Positions 63,400-64,000 of a stretch of DNA of 64,000 bases are shown here, one piece after another; the first letter of the stretch is position 1, and each line of letters starts with the position of its first letter. The notes beneath the pieces are model-generated. The model ran no database searches, was not told the origin of the DNA, and saw only the letters and a program-made list of their open reading frames with translations. A program made the translations under genes and the position numbers. This DNA comes from Hypanus sabinus (Eukaryota), in contig NC_082731.1 of the NCBI RefSeq assembly GCF_030144855.1, positions 10,354,001 to 10,418,000 on the forward strand. The letters run 5' to 3'.

Positions 63400-64000
63400 A
63401 GATGTTCATACACAGTGTATAGCCTTTGGACAGTAGACTTGTGGCCACCAGGAGAGGTAGGGGATTAACAAGTCAGTGCAGGGTTCCGCTATGGCCATTC
63501 TCCTCAGCAACAAGTACACTCCTTTGTACACTACTGGTTGTGGGTTGCCATCAGATCACGGCACAGTGACAACAGCAATGTGGCCGGCTCTGAGGCCTGA
63601 CAGGGAAGGATAAAGTCAGGCATTGCTGTTGTAATAGGGGACTCGATAGTTAGGGAGAGAGAAAATAGATTCTGTAGCCACAAAAGAAGGCACTAGGATG
63701 ATGTGTTTCCTCCCAATTGTTGGGCTCCATGATGCATCTTGCGACTGCAAGGTATTGTCAAGCGGAAGAGGGAACAGCCAGAGCTCGTGGGAGATGTTAA
63801 CAACAATGACATAGAAATGGGGTGATAGCACGTATGATTGAGTGGCTGCAGAGATGGTGCAAAGGGCAAGAGTTCAAGTTCAAGTTGGAATCTTTTCTGA
63901 GGAAGGGGAGACCTGTACAAGACCGACTAATTGCACCTGAACTGGAGCCAAACCATTATCCTGGCCGCAAAATATTGTTGCTGCTGCTTGGGAGAGCTGA
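63400..64000 (+). mobile_element. CR1 5'/ORF1 (esterase-like) degenerate fragment
   Basis: gtaataggggactcgatagttaggg (VIGDSIVR), atgatgtgtttcctccc and aacaatgacata motifs. Confidence 0.65.

Overview
Cartilaginous-fish genomic DNA. The repeat families look like those of a batoid, probably a stingray or devil ray; this is inference from repeat content only. The core of the window is a complete but pseudogenised IgNAR (heavy-chain-only antibody) cluster on the + strand, ~21830-52850, which the ORF track largely misses. In order: octamer+TATA promoter, leader exon with an in-frame TAA, a V exon reduced to 35 bp that keeps its RSS and may be germline-joined to a D, two free D segments with 12/22 and 12/12 RSS, one J (DGGGTNLTVKT), C1 (3 stops plus an inserted retroelement fragment), open C2, C3 (Cys->Phe), open C4, C5+secretory tail (1-bp frameshift), TM1 and TM2 (VK*). 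A full-length 4171-bp Ty3/Gypsy element (203-bp LTRs, GTGC TSD, tRNA-Trp PBS, -1 frameshift signal) sits in the TM1-TM2 intron, and a probable solo LTR lies between C5 and TM1. The rest is decayed CR1, Rex1/Babar, RTE and L1-like LINEs, Penelope-like elements (palindromic ends with hammerhead-ribozyme cores), tRNA-derived SINEs, a Tigger/pogo remnant, a Helitron-like remnant, microsatellites, a 190-bp exact duplication and a 155-N gap. All protein and repeat-family comparisons are from memory of the families; no database search was run.
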